From contig OX597824.1 in assembly GCA_951406725.2 (NCBI GenBank), forward strand, positions 38,440,001 through 38,504,000: a DNA stretch of 64,000 bases. The letters run 5' to 3'. Below, one piece after another: positions 60,340-64,000 of this stretch. Source of the DNA: Octopus vulgaris. Its lineage: Eukaryota. Below the pieces are notes generated by a model. That model made no database searches, was not told where the DNA came from, and saw nothing but the letters and a program-made list of their open reading frames with translations. The position numbers were made by a program, and so were the translations under genes. How positions within the stretch are numbered: position 1 is the first letter of the stretch; each line of letters opens with the position of its first letter.

Positions 60340-61865
60340 CTGTGTATATACTAGAGGACCTCACACCCCAGATCCTCCTGTCATATAGTGTGTGACCCTC
60401 AAATTAATATTGTTATATGTACTACATATCGCCCACTGGATGCTCCAAATCATACAGGTAAGTTTGAAGACAGCCTGGCAAAGGCAGAACTTCTCACCAA
60501 ACTGGAGCAACAGTGAATTCCTTTTGGGTGACTTTAATTTCCCTAGTGTGGAATGGCCTGAGAGCCAGATGTTCCCAGGAATGACACACCACCAGCAAGT
60601 ACAGGCGGAGTTTCTGCTCCACCTCACCAATGTTTCTTTCATGGGGCAAAGTGTGTTGCAACTAAACAGGGCAAATAATATACTGGATCTATGATTCACC
60701 AACAAATAGACATTGTCCGTAATGACATCGACGCTGGTCTCGTATCACAGCATAATAGAGCTGTCTATGTATGGACCAAAAGCACCTGCAGACGTAGAGC
60801 CTATAGGAAGCACCTGAAATCTCTCCAAACTGAATTTTCATAAAGCAAACTGGAAAATTGATTGAGAAAGAGATCCTCAAACAAGATTGACGTAAATGCC
60901 TCTCCACACCAGTCATTGTCATGTAACACAAACATTTCATGTCCATAATGTTAGCCACATGTGAAAAATCTTTCCCAGAGCACAAGGCCAACACACAAAA
61001 ACAAGATCCCTAGGGAAAGTAAAATACTTAAAAGATGACGGACAAAGATTGCAAACCGCCAGAACAAACTCCCCAAAAGTAGTGAAAAAGTCTCGCCTGG
61101 AGACATCACTGCTGGAGATAGAGAAAAGTTTGCATCAGTCTCATGAAAAGAGCGAGTAGATAAGGACGCCTGGATTATAGAAAATATCAAGTCGAACCCT
61201 AAAGCTTACTTTAACTTTGCCAAAGAAACAGCCTCAGTACGCCACAAGATGACCCCCTCACAGGAAACCCAATGAGGATAAGTGAAATACTGAACGAACA
61301 GTTCCAAAGTGCGTTCACTACATTTCTGGGACACAAGCAAGTGAACAAACCAGCAGAATTCCTTGCCACTTTACCTGTAAGCAAAGAGGCAAAAATTGAT
61401 TACATCAACATTAAAGAAAATGTAACACTGGCCATAGATGAGATTGACACAAACTCAGCAAATGGATCTATTTCTAATTTGGTAATAAAATGCAAATAGT
61501 TAGTTGAATAGATCCTCCGAACTTTGAAAACGACAGAAAAGGCGACAATAATGGTTCTTTGGGGCGCATATGTCCACAGCTGCTTTGACTACTGCTCCCA
61601 ACTATGGTTACTACTCAGTATAAAATTAAAGGCAGAACTCAAAGCAATCCAACGATGCTACACAAAGAAAACCGTCTCAGTGGAACGCATCAGCTATTAG
61701 GAAAGACCGAAAGAGTTAAAACTTTTCTCCTTAGAACGAATGCGGGAAAATATGCAATGATATACATCTGGAAAATTCTGGAAAGCCATATACCAAACTT
61801 TGGCATTGAAAGTTACACAAACAGCAGAACTGGGCGCCACTGCATAGTGCCAAAGATTCCAATTG
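60340..61865 (+). mobile_element. Decayed CR1/L2-like LINE (APE, linker and 3' end; RT core missing)
   Basis: LLGDFNFP, NILDL, SYHSII, NFHKANWK, IKSNPKAYF, EILNEQFQSAFT, YAMIYIWKILE. Confidence 0.75.
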
Positions 61866-61881
61866 ACTTAAACAAGCAAAA

Positions 61882-61939
<58 letters not shown>

Positions 61940-62071
61940 CCAAACTAACGAATGCTGCTGTTGATTAGCTCCCAGAGGCGATCACCTCTAGCTTGCTATA
62001 TGATGCACGAACCTGCGTTCATAAACCTTCGAACAGAGGAGGTCATCAACTTCTCTTTACTCGCTTGGCAA

Positions 62072-62112
62072 CCACAGACCGGTTTCGGGGTAGTTGCTCC
62101 TTATCAATTTGG
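62072..62112 (-). ncRNA. Minimal type I hammerhead candidate, U3-A8 core variant
   Basis: CCAAA-UUGAUAA-GGAG-CAACUA-CCCC-GAAA-CCG-GUC^UGUGG; palindromic ACCGGU helix III. Confidence 0.6.
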
Positions 62113-62397
62113 GGCAGCCGAGTCCAGCAGGGGTCACTGTTGACCTCTGTTCGAAGGTTTTATTTAAATATATTTAGTGAAAGATATTCACTGATTTTCA
62201 AAAATAGAAATCTTATAATTTCTAAATCTAGATATAGCAGCTGTACTGGATATTAATATTTATTGCTAAACTAACATGGCGGTCTAGAGAAACAGCTGTT
62301 GATTAGCTCCGAGAGGCGATCGCCTCTAACTAGCACGAATATATATAAATAAAACCTTCGAACAGAGGTCAACAGTGACCCCTCTGGACTCAGTTGC

Positions 62398-62440
62398 TCC
62401 ACATTGCTAAGCAGAAACTACCCCGAAACTGGTCTGTGGA
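62398..62440 (+). ncRNA. Decayed sister copy of the U3-A8 hammerhead motif
   Basis: UCCACA-UUGCUAA-GCAG-AAACUA-CCCC-GAAA-CUG-GUC^UGUGGA; perfect 6-bp helix I, with A6 mutated to C. Confidence 0.5.
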
Positions 62441-62632
62441 TGTCAAGCCAGCAAAAGGAAGGTGATGACTTCCCCTGTTCGAAGGTTTATGGACTCAGGT
62501 TCGTGCGTTATATAGCTGAACAACAACAGCATTCGCCCTAATTCTCTGGACTGCCACGTTAGTTTGGCAATAAATATTAATACCCAGTACTGCTGCTATA
62601 TAACTCCTTTAGAGAAATTTTGAAATTATAAC

Positions 62633-62681
<49 letters not shown>

Positions 62682-62752
62682 TATATGTACACATATGCAC
62701 ATACAAACACACACATACACTATCACACAAGCGAGCACACACATACACACAG

Positions 62753-62853
<101 letters not shown>

Positions 62854-63269
62854 ACCTTGGTTTCACAACAGTTGTCTATAGTTATCCACTTTCTCTTTGA
62901 TTTCATAGAGATATTCATATCAGCAAGGTCGTTGATCTCTATGATGGAACATGACTCCGCGAAAGCTATAGAATGAGCTACTATAAATTTTCTGCTCGTA
63001 CAATACATTGATCGTAGAAACCTGTATATTATCGTGTATTATCCTAAATTGTTCAAGCTAAAAATAATCATGACTGCTCTCAGAAAAAGAGGGTGAAAGA
63101 AAGAGAAAGAACCCTGAATAAGAAATCAATAAAAAAGAAATTAAAAAATGAAAGCTTGTAGAGAAGGGATATAAGAGTTGTGTCCCTTTGGCCCGTTAGA
63201 AGGAAAATTAACTTTGGTTAGTGCGGTCAGTCCAACAGAAAAGATTAAAGCTTATAAGACTGTATGCCT

Positions 63270-63582
63270 CATCTCGAGCGAATGGGTGGTGTTCTCCACT
63301 TCGATAGCAGAAACTTGTCGAGATGCTTGCATCATGTGAATATTTTCGATCCCAAGTTCAGTAAGTGGGTGGTGTGCTTAGATTTAAAAAGGATATGAAT
63401 TCCTTCACTATACAAAGCCTGCTCCGCCGTGACCTACTAATAATGTATGGCGTAGATCACTCTACTATGAACCTTTTCATAGTCTGTGAGATATTTTTGG
63501 CATTCAGATTCCAGATATAGTTGGTTAGCTTAGTGGTTTTCTTCTTCCGAACGTACCGGAAAAAAGACTGGGGGTTGGCATA
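63270..63582 (-). pseudogene. Penelope-like element GIY-YIG endonuclease C-terminal remnant
   Basis: My translation: YANPQSFFRYVRKKKTTKLTNYIWNLNAKNI..STPY..SRRSRLCIV..LLNLGSKIFT*CKHLDKFLL. This matches the recalled PLE pattern SFR...T.LS.YIW.LK...PY...RC.LC..LLN.RSE...CRH..KF.L. Confidence 0.7.
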
Positions 63583-63599
63583 TGTTAATTACTGATCTT

Positions 63600-63990
63600 C
63601 TGAACATACAAACAGCTAAACGAGGATAAACTTGAACTAATCCAATTCAGAAAAGAAGATCCACTTAAATTACCATATTTATTTCCTTCGGGTGCTACCC
63701 TCGAGGCATCAAACGCCAAGGAATTCGGAGTAATTATTGATAACAACTTACAGTGGTGAGTCCACATAAACAGCAAAATTAAATTGGCCCATAAGACGTA
63801 CTCCTAGATCCTTAGGAGTTACCGATCTAGGGATTCTTTACGATTATCCTCCCCTTCTCCACCTTCGTCTCCACCTCGAATAATATCGTCCGCTGCACTC
63901 TCGCTACAAGAAACAACGTATTACAAAAATTGAAGCACTGCAGAGATCAACCACCCAAGAAAAATTACAGATGATATGATAAACTTTTAT
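63600..63990 (+). mobile_element. CR1/L2-like LINE post-RT fragment
   Basis: AKEFGVIIDNNLQW*VHI...ILRS. Confidence 0.55.
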
Positions 63991-64000
63991 TATAGGGATC

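Larger units (their letters stand above)
61938..62620. mobile_element. Rearranged inverted-repeat element with two hammerhead-like motifs (Penelope pLTR-like)
   Basis: About 61997-62165 is inverted at 62346-62516, and 62233-62290 is inverted at 62542-62600. AATAAA lies at 62569 downstream of the plus-strand motif. Confidence 0.75.

Overview
This is eukaryotic, AT-rich, extremely repeat-dense non-coding DNA. The microsatellite load and SINE repertoire suggest an octopus or other coleoid cephalopod genome (inference from recalled sequences, not searched). No host protein-coding exon could be supported, and almost all listed ORFs are microsatellite translations. The window holds four tRNA-headed SINE families, decayed LINEs (R4/Dong, RTE, Tx1, CR1/L2-like), four Tc1/mariner relics, pogo-, piggyBac-, Helitron- and Helentron-type non-autonomous elements, a ~48-bp minisatellite and a local ~0.8-kb duplication. 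The most notable signal is a set of minimal type I hammerhead-ribozyme-like motifs in four unrelated sequence families (about 3.1, 5.8/39.2, 31.6/32.4/33.9 and 62.1/62.4 kb). Three of the families sit in fold-back inverted repeats. Across families the core 3-8 pair varies as C-G, G-C and U-A, and helix III is short and palindromic or near-palindromic. A Penelope-like GIY-YIG remnant lies at about 63.3-63.6 kb.
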